Shown: positions 39,267-47,682 of the stretch, in pieces
How positions within the stretch are numbered: the first letter of the stretch is position 1
Layout: every line of letters begins with the position of its first letter
Virus record (IMG/VR): IMGVR_UViG_3300050158_000056
Coordinates: 30,791 to 94,790 of that record
Reading direction: 5' to 3' (one strand)
Length of the DNA: 64,000 bases
From: a virus
Translations under genes and position numbers: made by a program
Notes under the pieces: model-generated
The model's database searches: none
The model's input: only the letters and a program-made list of their open reading frames with translations
What the model was told of the DNA's origin: nothing

Positions 39267-41504
39267 ATGACGTACCCCAATACCGCGCTGCGCGAGCGTA
39301 TCCGTGAGGCAGCTAAAGAACTCGGCATCCAAGCCCCGCGCCAGTCGTTGGCCGCGCGCGTTAAGGATCTGACCGTCGACGTACTCAAGGGCTGGAATGC
39401 CGTTACTGCTCCTAAGGGCGCTGGCGCTTTGGGTCTGGAATCATTTGGTTCGGAAGCTCCTGTCCGTAACCCCAGCTTCGATGCTCTGCGCGATGCCGAT
39501 CCTCGTAAGCTCATGAAGGGCCTCAATGACATGGGTATGGCTCCTCGCCATATGGAACAGGTCACTGAGAGCATCATGGGTCTCTATGATAATTCCAGCT
39601 ATAACACGACTGACATCCTGCGTGGCGGTTCGTTCAACTCTGATTCGCATCAGCCTCTCTCGCGCGTCGTGGGCCGCACTTCGGCTTCGATCCTCAGTCA
39701 GCAGGACAGTGGTCTTGGTCTGGAAGCTTTTGGTGATGACATCAATCGTCTGGCTACTGACGATCGGCTGACCATGAGCCTCATCATCATGCGTCCTTGG
39801 GACAACATCATGGACAAGGCCCTGGCTCGCGTTAGCGAATCTTCGCCTGTCGTGACTGTACGTGTCCCTTCACCTGAAGCTTGGGATTGGGCTACGACTC
39901 AGCAGGCTAACTCGACTGCCGAATCGCGTAGCGGTTCTTCGAACACCTATCGCCTGCGTAACCTGTATCGTAACCCGACTCCGGTTAACTCGGCTCCTAA
40001 GAAGATCGTTGCTCTGACTGCTAACGATTCAGGCAGCGTCCTTTGGAACAGCACCACGCAGTTCTACAAGACCGCTAAGGACGTTTCGCTCCTCGATCTG
40101 GCTCGTGATAGCTCGCGCTTCACCTACGATCGTGTCGACCGTACTGACCTGATCGCCGATGGTGGTATCCTCGACAACGTGATCGTCGAACTCTCGGGTA
40201 CGGTTAGCTCTGCTACCGTTACGGAACAGTTCCTGATCAACACGCGTCCTTTCGATATGGCTTATTTCGTTGTAACGCCTTCGAACAAGACGTCTGGTGC
40301 TCGTCAGGTCATCCTGGAAGCAGTAGTACCGTTTAGCTCGGCTACCACCAAGTACAATGGCGGCGCCTCGACGCTTGCTGCTCAGCTCACTGATGCCAAG
40401 ATCAAACTCCGTGTCCGTATCACGGCTTCGCTCGACATCAAGACTGGACTCCTGTATGCTTCGGGTACGGCTGCTCTGACGCTGGTACAGCTCGCTGCTG
40501 GTACGGTTATCTCGGCTGGTACGAACACCTTCTTTGGTACGCTTACCGCCGCGGTTGTTGCTTACAGCACCGACCTGGCCTATGACGAAGAGAACCAGCG
40601 CAAGGCTAACCTGGCTGTCTGGGTCAACTACTCGGAACAGCAGTTCGTCGTTCCTCGTTCGCGCATCTATTTCACCGAATACGCCCTGACTCAGGACGTC
40701 GATGAAAACGCGATCGCCGCTACCTCGTCCATCGTTGCTCTTGGTAACGGTCGGCGTGGTCTCGACATCGTCGTGAACGCTCTTAACGATACGGCTAGTG
40801 GCCTGGCTTTTGCTAACGCTAACCCTGAGATCGCTTCGTGGAACACGACTGATGAGCAGTCGTTTGCTGGTTCGCTTGTGAAGCCCACCGTGGTCACCAC
40901 CACCATGGACTTTGCCACCGAAGAGCTCAACACTATGAACGAATCGACTCGTCTGTCGGAAATCCATGGTCGCTTCCGCGCTCGTTTCCTCTCGATGGTC
41001 ACGCAACTATTCGCTAAGTCGCTGATGCTCAATCAGTACAAGGCTGGTGAAACTCCCGTCATCAAGGCCTGGTGCCACTCGACGATCGCTGATCTGGTTA
41101 TCGGCATCCTCGACTATCATCCTGACCTTAAGGACAAGGAATCGCTGGCTACTGGCGCTGATTACTCGATGGTACTGCCTAACGGCTACCGCCTCGATGT
41201 CATCAAGACCAACCTGGACTGCATGCAACAGCGCATCTACGCGATCCCAGTGATCGAGAGCGATCCTGCTAGCATCATCTCGGGCGCTTCGATCCGCGAC
41301 TGCGGTACTGTCACCACGAACTACACCCCCACCAACGGTGGTGCTGTGACTCGTCGTGTCGCTACCACGACTCGTGAAATCGTGTTCGTGTCGAACCGCG
41401 TTGGTATCTGCATCAACCTTACGGGTCTGCAGACTCAGTTGGGTACGTTCGGTTACACGCCGGTATTGCTCAACGCCGACTACACGGCGTCGCTCACGGT
41501 ATAA
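39267..41504 (+). CDS. major capsid protein (phiKZ gp120-like)
   Basis: 745 aa; extreme codon bias; GLESF and GLEAF protease sites; TDLIADGG; gene order after the helicase and gp119-like genes. Confidence 0.88.
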   Translation: MTYPNTALRERIREAAKELGIQAPRQSLAARVKDLTVDVLKGWNAVTAPKGAGALGLESFGSEAPVRNPSFDALRDADPRKLMKGLNDMGMAPRHMEQVTESIMGLYDNSSYNTTDILRGGSFNSDSHQPLSRVVGRTSASILSQQDSGLGLEAFGDDINRLATDDRLTMSLIIMRPWDNIMDKALARVSESSPVVTVRVPSPEAWDWATTQQANSTAESRSGSSNTYRLRNLYRNPTPVNSAPKKIVALTANDSGSVLWNSTTQFYKTAKDVSLLDLARDSSRFTYDRVDRTDLIADGGILDNVIVELSGTVSSATVTEQFLINTRPFDMAYFVVTPSNKTSGARQVILEAVVPFSSATTKYNGGASTLAAQLTDAKIKLRVRITASLDIKTGLLYASGTAALTLVQLAAGTVISAGTNTFFGTLTAAVVAYSTDLAYDEENQRKANLAVWVNYSEQQFVVPRSRIYFTEYALTQDVDENAIAATSSIVALGNGRRGLDIVVNALNDTASGLAFANANPEIASWNTTDEQSFAGSLVKPTVVTTTMDFATEELNTMNESTRLSEIHGRFRARFLSMVTQLFAKSLMLNQYKAGETPVIKAWCHSTIADLVIGILDYHPDLKDKESLATGADYSMVLPNGYRLDVIKTNLDCMQQRIYAIPVIESDPASIISGASIRDCGTVTTNYTPTNGGAVTRRVATTTREIVFVSNRVGICINLTGLQTQLGTFGYTPVLLNADYTASLTV

Positions 41505-41532
41505 TCTTTTCGTATCATCGATCAGATGGATG

Positions 41533-41561
41533 GAGGTGGGGCGTAAAGCCCCACCTCTTTT
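41533..41561 (+). terminator. rho-independent terminator
   Basis: gaggtggggc/gccccacctc followed by tttt. Confidence 0.85.
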
Positions 41562-41632
41562 CCCTTTATGATCTTTATTCTATTATTTAACCTTAAGATG
41601 ATTTGATAAATAGTAGATAGGTCACACACCAT

Positions 41633-43384
41633 ATGAGTAATCCTGAAAACATAGTCGCTAGGACTATGCTCCATAGCACCTATGTATCTGATCTAGGTAA
41701 TGGTACTGATGCGATAGTGGTATCTGAGATAGTCGAGAATGAGAATGGTGATACTAAACCTAATCTAAGGATCATTAAATCACCTAAAGTATCCTTCTGG
41801 GTTACTCAGCCTCAGTATCGTAATCATACAGACAAAAAAGAATTAGAAGAGCTCAGAAAGTTAGATGAGTATATCGTACCTTATAAGGATAAAGATAAAG
41901 AGATCTTCAAAGTCCTTAATGGTTTCTATCCTAACTTCTTGACATTTAAGCAGAGGAAGGAGCTTTATCAGAGCCCTTATCTCTATGGCGCGAATATCGA
42001 TATCAGTGCATTAGTAGGTATTAAATATAAGCAGGATCTACTAAAAGCTAATAGGACGCCTCACACACCCACCACAGGCTTCTTCGACATTGAGAAGAGC
42101 CTCATACCAGCAACATATGGTAAACTGCCTCTAATGGCCTTTGTAGCCGAAGATAGAGTATATCTAGCTATGAAGCAGTCCTTCATGTATGAAGAACGCA
42201 ATGGTAAAATGGAATCTGTATCGATTGAAGATGTGGAAAAAGCAGCTCATGAATATATAGATCCTTTAGTAGAAAACATCTTTGCTACCAATAGTGATCT
42301 AGCTGACTATAAGTCCAGATTACCTTTTAAATATCATTTTTTCGCAGGTGAAACTGAAGTCGATATGATTAAGTGGATCTGGGGTAAGATGCATGAGACT
42401 CAGGTATCCTTCATCGGTATTTGGAACCTAGGCTTTGATATCCCTGAAATCATCGCAGTCTTAGATGAAGCTGGTATAGCTCATAAGGATGTATTTGCAC
42501 ATCCTAGTCTTAAGGGTACTCCATATAGCTATGCTAGCTTCCATGAGGATAAACGAAAGGTAGCTCACTTTACTCAGAAGTGGCATTGGTTATCAGCTAC
42601 TGGCCATTGTCAGTTTGTAGACTCTATGGCTCTGTATAGTTACATCCGTACTGTGGATGGCAAAGAAGCGTCATATGCCTTAGATGATATCCTAAAGAAA
42701 TATAATCTAGGGGGTAAGCTAAAGATTGATAAGACTAGCGAGTTAGAAGGTCTGCAGACAGAAGACTGGCACCGTGCTATGCTAGGTAGATTCTTCACGC
42801 TGTACGCTGTGTATGCGATGTGGGACTCTATGAGTCTGCAGCTATTAGAATGGCGTAACAACGATCTAACATCGCTTATGCTTGGATCAGATATATCTAG
42901 CCCTAAGTACTTTCCTAATCAAACCATTAGAGCCACGAATACCCTGTTTGAAGATTGGAAGCCCAAAGGGTTTATACTAGGAACAGGTACCGACGTTGAG
43001 GGTATTAGAGATGATGATCTACTAACTGCTGGCGGTGCAGTTTTGTCTCCTCAGAATCTAGTAGCTAAAGGGGTGAGATTGTTTAAGGAGTGGCCTAATC
43101 ATCACACGCACTGTTATGTGTGGCTCGGTGATGTTGATTTTGCCGCATTGTACCCTAATCTATCACTGTGCATGAATATCTCTAGACAGACTAAAGTATC
43201 CACTATACTGTCCATTAAGGCGCCTTGGGTACAGTCCAGGTATCAAAGTGACGTAGCCATCGAGACCTACTGTAGCTACCTTATTACGCCAGATTCCACT
43301 GGATACGAATTAGGAACTGAATTCTATAATCTTCCCACGTATCAGGAATTAGATCGGGAATTTGAGAAATATCTACAAAAATAA
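41633..43384 (+). CDS. split family-B DNA polymerase subunit: 3'-5' exonuclease plus motif A (phiKZ gp82-like)
   Basis: ExoI FDIE, ExoII WNLGFD, ExoIII YAMWD; PolB motif A DVDFAALYP; no motif B or C. Confidence 0.85.
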   Translation: MSNPENIVARTMLHSTYVSDLGNGTDAIVVSEIVENENGDTKPNLRIIKSPKVSFWVTQPQYRNHTDKKELEELRKLDEYIVPYKDKDKEIFKVLNGFYPNFLTFKQRKELYQSPYLYGANIDISALVGIKYKQDLLKANRTPHTPTTGFFDIEKSLIPATYGKLPLMAFVAEDRVYLAMKQSFMYEERNGKMESVSIEDVEKAAHEYIDPLVENIFATNSDLADYKSRLPFKYHFFAGETEVDMIKWIWGKMHETQVSFIGIWNLGFDIPEIIAVLDEAGIAHKDVFAHPSLKGTPYSYASFHEDKRKVAHFTQKWHWLSATGHCQFVDSMALYSYIRTVDGKEASYALDDILKKYNLGGKLKIDKTSELEGLQTEDWHRAMLGRFFTLYAVYAMWDSMSLQLLEWRNNDLTSLMLGSDISSPKYFPNQTIRATNTLFEDWKPKGFILGTGTDVEGIRDDDLLTAGGAVLSPQNLVAKGVRLFKEWPNHHTHCYVWLGDVDFAALYPNLSLCMNISRQTKVSTILSIKAPWVQSRYQSDVAIETYCSYLITPDSTGYELGTEFYNLPTYQELDREFEKYLQK

Positions 43385-43390
43385 ATGAAT

Positions 43391-43418
43391 AGATATGGGG
43401 GCAGTTGCCCCCATATCT
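43391..43418. terminator. bidirectional hairpin
   Basis: agatatgggggca/tgcccccatatct. Confidence 0.75.
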
Positions 43419-44401
43419 TACTTTTTATCAATCAACTCATCAATAGAGTATTTTTTAGAGTTAAGTATCACTGCTATTTCATTTGACGTCTTTCCTGACA
43501 GTAGACAAAGCTCAGCTCTAGTGTATGGTTTTAACTTATAGATATACTGTCTACCTGGTTCAAATGGATTGACTACGTAACTAGCTACTTCTGAATTATC
43601 GACGGTGTTCTTCAGTAGCTGTCTACCCGCATCCACATATCTATATTTTACTACCTTAAGATCTATACCAGTAACCGAACTAAGATCAATCAATGACACT
43701 TCTATACCGAGATACCACACAGTCGTATCATCTGGTATACCGAGTTTGTAAGATATATTATTTCTTTTATTATTAGCCTGTTCTAATTGCGTGGCCCAAC
43801 GACAGTTACTAGGCTCATAGTTACCATCCACATCTATACGATCTATGGAGTATTTGTACCTAGGCGCAGGGCGCGGCCCCATATCAGCTATGAAATTAGA
43901 AAACCCATCATCACCACGCCATCTATCACAGACGGTAATACCTCTACCACCATATTTACTATAGTTCGTATCGGTCGGATTGTCACATCGATATTTCATA
44001 CCTTCGTAGATGCGTTTGTCAGGATGCATCTTATCTTTACGATAGTCCTTAGCATACTGCTTACGTGTTTCAGTATTTTCCTGATAATAGATCTTGATCT
44101 TCTTATTTATGTGATCCTCATTGGCCTCTCTGTATACTTTCTTCTTGGCTTTTATTTCAGGGAGATGTTTAGCTCTATAGTCTTTTTGATGACTAGCTCT
44201 ATGTTCGACATGATCGGCTCTCCACTTCTTTTGATAGTTAGCTATGACATCAGTATTATCTACTCTGTACCTTCTTTTGTTTTCTCTTATCTCCGACTTT
44301 TTTCTCTGCCCATATTCTCTATTCCATTCTTTCCTCTTTTGGGTGCATATAGCACACTTACATCTAGTGGTGCCTAAACATGACTCATTAGTTTCGCTCA
44401 T
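43418..44401 (-). CDS. free-standing HNH homing endonuclease
   Basis: YGGRGITVCDRW..SIDRIDVDGNYEPSNCRWAT; N-terminal CKCAIC and K/Y-rich helical repeats. Confidence 0.88.
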   Translation of the reverse strand: MSETNESCLGTTRCKCAICTQKRKEWNREYGQRKKSEIRENKRRYRVDNTDVIANYQKKWRADHVEHRASHQKDYRAKHLPEIKAKKKVYREANEDHINKKIKIYYQENTETRKQYAKDYRKDKMHPDKRIYEGMKYRCDNPTDTNYSKYGGRGITVCDRWRGDDGFSNFIADMGPRPAPRYKYSIDRIDVDGNYEPSNCRWATQLEQANNKRNNISYKLGIPDDTTVWYLGIEVSLIDLSSVTGIDLKVVKYRYVDAGRQLLKNTVDNSEVASYVVNPFEPGRQYIYKLKPYTRAELCLLSGKTSNEIAVILNSKKYSIDELIDKK

Positions 44402-44476
44402 ATCACTTCTACTCTTATAAATTACATAGATCTGATTAGACTGTTTATAAAGACACAGTGAAGTCTATATCAATGA

Positions 44477-44503
44477 GTGATATAGAGATTCAGATTTAAT
44501 GAG
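44477..44503 (-). promoter_or_regulatory. Early promoter variant CTCA-N15-TATATCAC
   Basis: TATATCAC 44477-44484 (-); CTCA 44500-44503. Confidence 0.6.
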
Positions 44504-44556
44504 TATTAGATAGAAGTCTTTATTATGACGATGCTTTCTAATGAACGAGATAAATT

Positions 44557-44793
44557 ATGCTGTACTATATGACGTATATCGCAGTAGGGATAGTCTTACT
44601 TATATTCCTACTGGGTTATAAGAGTGTCGAACGAGGATGGTCTCCGAAGCACTTTCGATATAACATCGCCCGAGGAGATTGGGTAGATGATTTATGTAAA
44701 GTATTATTTGTGATATTTTGGTTTCCAGTGACTATATGGCATGTGGTCAGTATGATACTGTGGTATATTAAGATCGATGATCATCGTGGATGA
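44557..44793 (+). CDS. small membrane protein
   Basis: Two hydrophobic segments; FWP-like motif. Confidence 0.55.
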   Translation: MLYYMTYIAVGIVLLIFLLGYKSVERGWSPKHFRYNIARGDWVDDLCKVLFVIFWFPVTIWHVVSMILWYIKIDDHRG

Positions 44794-45382
44794 TCCTGTA
44801 TTACCACTAAAGATATTTAGTGTAGATCCGGCTACTGGTAAGTCAGGGTGGTCAGTATTACTCGTGGAGTCATTACGTCCTCTAGTGATTAGAGTGTTAG
44901 CTCATGGTCAATTAGATGGACAAAAGCTATTAAGGACTAAGAAGGAATTACAACTCAGCTTCCAAAAACAGTACTGCGTCCTCGATGCTCTATATGAAGC
45001 TTATGTGAATCTCATTACTGAACATAGTCCCGATGTAGTCGTAAGTGAAGGAGCATTCGGATATAAACATCTCAATGCTCTGATTTCACTGACATTAGCT
45101 ATAAACACATTGCGTAGAGCTAGTCATACGACTATCGGTAAGGATGTCTATGAGATAGCTCCTATGTCGACTAAGAAGGCTTTTAGTGGCGTTGGGAATG
45201 CCGATAAGGATATGATGAGGAGAGCTTATCTAGCATCCACATATCTCACTAGGACCGATGTGGTAGACATCAGTGAGCATGAGATAGACTCCGTTGCGCA
45301 TGCTGTAGGATACATAAAGATACATCTATTAAAAGATGTGGATCATAAAGCCAATAAGATTACTTTAAAATCTAACAAATGA
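44777..45382 (+). CDS. ruvC: RuvC-like Holliday junction resolvase
   Basis: SVDPA..SGW, VVSE, P..KK..G.GNA.K and HEIDSVA motifs. Confidence 0.85.
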   Translation: MIIVDDPVLPLKIFSVDPATGKSGWSVLLVESLRPLVIRVLAHGQLDGQKLLRTKKELQLSFQKQYCVLDALYEAYVNLITEHSPDVVVSEGAFGYKHLNALISLTLAINTLRRASHTTIGKDVYEIAPMSTKKAFSGVGNADKDMMRRAYLASTYLTRTDVVDISEHEIDSVAHAVGYIKIHLLKDVDHKANKITLKSNK

Positions 45383-45387
45383 ATGAT

Positions 45388-45417
45388 CATAGAGAGGAGC
45401 CTAGGCTCCTCTCTATG
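45388..45417. terminator. bidirectional hairpin
   Basis: catagagaggagcc/ggctcctctctatg. Confidence 0.75.
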
Positions 45418-45428
45418 TGCACTTATAA

Positions 45429-45749
45429 TTACTGTAAACTAAGTATTTCTGGGTAGTCGAAGACTCTACCGCAATAGCACACATCATCTGATTTATCAAA
45501 CGACCTACTAGTAGATGATACAATCTCCTCTCCTTGTACTGAAAATAACCTAATGGAGAACTTATTAGATTCTTCATTGAGAAAAGGTATATGATGCAGA
45601 GCCGACTGTATGATAGTCTCAGCCATATATCGCACAGGTGACGATCGTGTCATCACATCTAACTGATACACTCCCTCAGGGCTTCTGTGACGACTATGCG
45701 CACTGCCTTCTACTTTTACTAAAAAAGAGATATGACTCTCCATACTCAC
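45429..45749 (-). CDS. hypothetical protein
   Basis: 106 aa ORF. Confidence 0.5.
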   Translation of the reverse strand: MSMESHISFLVKVEGSAHSRHRSPEGVYQLDVMTRSSPVRYMAETIIQSALHHIPFLNEESNKFSIRLFSVQGEEIVSSTSRSFDKSDDVCYCGRVFDYPEILSLQ

Positions 45750-45852
45750 CTCATCACCACGCCATTTAGAGTACCGCCCGTACTCATATAGTGTATGGCT
45801 ATTTTGTTACAATGTTTATTTATTAGAAATTAAACAAAAAATAAAGAGAGCA

Positions 45853-45880
45853 TATGGGGGAGGCATCTGCCTCCCCCATA
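45853..45880 (-). terminator. hairpin terminator with offset U-run
   Basis: tatgggggaggca/tgcctcccccata; A6 on + at 45836-45841. Confidence 0.8.
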
Positions 45881-45898
45881 CTCACGTAAGACCGTTAA

Positions 45899-46411
45899 TT
45901 AGTCCTTGATGTCGAGCTTAGCACGGATCGCATCACGAGCCGTCTCACCATAGTTACCGATGATGCGGCTCTTAGTTGCGACTTGAGTCTTGATGCGACC
46001 ATAGGTCACCTTGATCTCACGTTCACCATTACCATCCGCATTACCACGCTGTGGAATGGGATTATGAGTCTCAGCAAACGCTGTGACAGTAGTGGCTCCC
46101 CCAAACGTAGGAATGCGTACTACGCCATCCAAAGCTATGCGGAAGTCTTCGTCCTTGAGTTGATCCTTGGTAGCCTGAGAGATCTTCTCTTCGACCACAG
46201 AAACAGCTAGAGCTGCAGCAGCAGTCGTTTCGAAGTTCACGGCGTCATTGACCCTCTTGAGGTCGGCTTCAGTGACACCATGCTTAGCGATGGCTTTGAC
46301 AAATGCTGCCTTGGGTACTTCTAGGATACCGGACGACTTAGTCTTTGCTTCACTGCGGTAGAACTCAACAGCATCATTGAGGCCTTCGATGGTTTCAGTC
46401 TGCTTTGTCAT
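45899..46411 (-). CDS. abundant early protein of unknown function
   Basis: 170 aa; capsid-like codon bias; own promoter and terminator. Confidence 0.75.
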   Translation of the reverse strand: MTKQTETIEGLNDAVEFYRSEAKTKSSGILEVPKAAFVKAIAKHGVTEADLKRVNDAVNFETTAAAALAVSVVEEKISQATKDQLKDEDFRIALDGVVRIPTFGGATTVTAFAETHNPIPQRGNADGNGEREIKVTYGRIKTQVATKSRIIGNYGETARDAIRAKLDIKD

Positions 46412-46492
46412 TTCTTTTTACCTTATTCATTTTTCGTGCACGTGAACAAAGGAAGTAGTGTAATAATAACATTTACTCTACTTTCCATATTA

Positions 46493-46519
46493 GTAATATA
46501 GGGTTATTTATTTATTGAG
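46493..46519 (-). promoter_or_regulatory. Early promoter CTCA-N15-TATATTAC
   Basis: TATATTAC 46493-46500 (-); CTCA 46516-46519. Confidence 0.75.
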
Positions 46520-46548
46520 ATTTTTAATAGGCAAAAAACAATAGATAT

Positions 46549-46573
46549 AGAGGTGGGACATTGTCCCACCTCT
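46549..46573 (-). terminator. hairpin terminator with offset U-run
   Basis: agaggtgggaca/tgtcccacctct; A6 on + at 46533-46538. Confidence 0.8.
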
Positions 46574-46580
46574 GACTCGA

Positions 46581-46829
46581 TTAGTCATCATCTAGTAGGT
46601 TGAAATGGAGTTGGAGAGTTAATGTATCGGATTCTGAGGAACTTACCTTGAGTGACTCAGATTTCCCGTAACACTTACGAGTTCGAAAATTAACGAATCC
46701 GGCCCCCACAATGTGGTCGCTAGATAGATTAAGTGACCTGGCAATGTCGGAGTGGTTATCACCTGCTCCAAACACAACGATTCTACTCACTCCACCGAGA
46801 TTATAGGTTATGTATTTTGGATCGTACAC
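46581..46829 (-). CDS. hypothetical phage protein
   Basis: KYI..F..H..GAGF..CYG.SESL pattern. Confidence 0.6.
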   Translation of the reverse strand: MYDPKYITYNLGGVSRIVVFGAGDNHSDIARSLNLSSDHIVGAGFVNFRTRKCYGKSESLKVSSSESDTLTLQLHFNLLDDD

Positions 46830-46831
46830 GA

Positions 46832-47281
46832 TTATTTATCCAACGACATTGCGACGAGGTCATTCATAGTGGGGATGTTCTTAAGACATCTTCCATCCGG
46901 TTCATATGTGAAATGTTCTGATCCCCCAACCATACCGCTCATCCACTGTAGAATGACTGGGTAACCAAATCGATTGAAGTAGATAGATCCTGGTGTCAAC
47001 CTGAACTGAATCCAATCAGATGGTATAGCCGATCCACGAGTGATACGTTTGTTCACATTGACCCGCACTTTGCTTGGCAGGGTATATGTCAGTATTTCAG
47101 CAGTAGCTGCTTCGCGGATGATCGAACCAGCCGACACCATAGCTCCCATCACAGTGACTCGCCTACCACGGTGGCTATATAGCGTACAATTTGAATCGAA
47201 GAATCTGGCCCCCTTCGAGTATTCGAAAGTACCTTCATCCACCTCACCGCGTATACGCACGACCTCATCGAGATCGGTCAT
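46832..47281 (-). CDS. hypothetical protein
   Basis: 149 aa. Confidence 0.55.
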   Translation of the reverse strand: MTDLDEVVRIRGEVDEGTFEYSKGARFFDSNCTLYSHRGRRVTVMGAMVSAGSIIREAATAEILTYTLPSKVRVNVNKRITRGSAIPSDWIQFRLTPGSIYFNRFGYPVILQWMSGMVGGSEHFTYEPDGRCLKNIPTMNDLVAMSLDK

Positions 47282-47387
47282 GTACTACATGACCGATCTC
47301 TAGTTTCAACAGTGTCTCGATCATTATAAATACCTTCTAACAGTTAACACACAATTGTAAGTAAGTGATTATTGTTAAATTAAAATC

Positions 47388-47531
47388 CTATCGATTCTTG
47401 AGCTTGTAAATGATCCCACCGGCGATAGCACCGATGACTGCTCCAGCACCCACGGTCACATAGATGTTGCTCAGTTCGAAAATGGAAGATTTGATTTGAT
47501 TGATGTCGATCTTCTTGACAAAGTCAGACAT
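47388..47531 (-). CDS. small single-TM early protein (47 aa, not in track)
   Basis: MSDFVKKIDINQIKSSIFELSNIYVTVGAGAVIGAIAGGIIYKLKNR*; AGGAGG RBS; TATATCAC at 47591-47598. Confidence 0.6.
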   Translation of the reverse strand: MSDFVKKIDINQIKSSIFELSNIYVTVGAGAVIGAIAGGIIYKLKNR

Positions 47532-47682
47532 GATATTACCCTCCTTTAAAACAACGTAGAATAAGATGGTCTATCTCATTCATCAAGCCAGTGATATAGT
47601 GTTTGTTATTTTTGATCTCGGAGGTTTTAAAAAAGATACCCCACCCAACGATACTACGACTAAGAATTTAAAGGTATCTAAT

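Noticed and set aside
40029-41006. 325 aa antisense ORF inside the capsid gene
   Set aside because: Same codon-bias shadow effect.
41633-43384. Polymerase lacking motifs B and C as a broken gene
   Set aside because: A split family-B polymerase is established for phiKZ-like phages.
43787-44377. 196 aa hydrophobic + strand ORF
   Set aside because: Antisense of the Lys/Glu-rich HNH N-terminus, which produces spurious hydrophobicity.
47566-47682. 39 aa N-terminal extension of SbcC in the ORF track
   Set aside because: Overlaps a divergent promoter; the ATG at 47683 has an RBS and gives the normal N-terminus.
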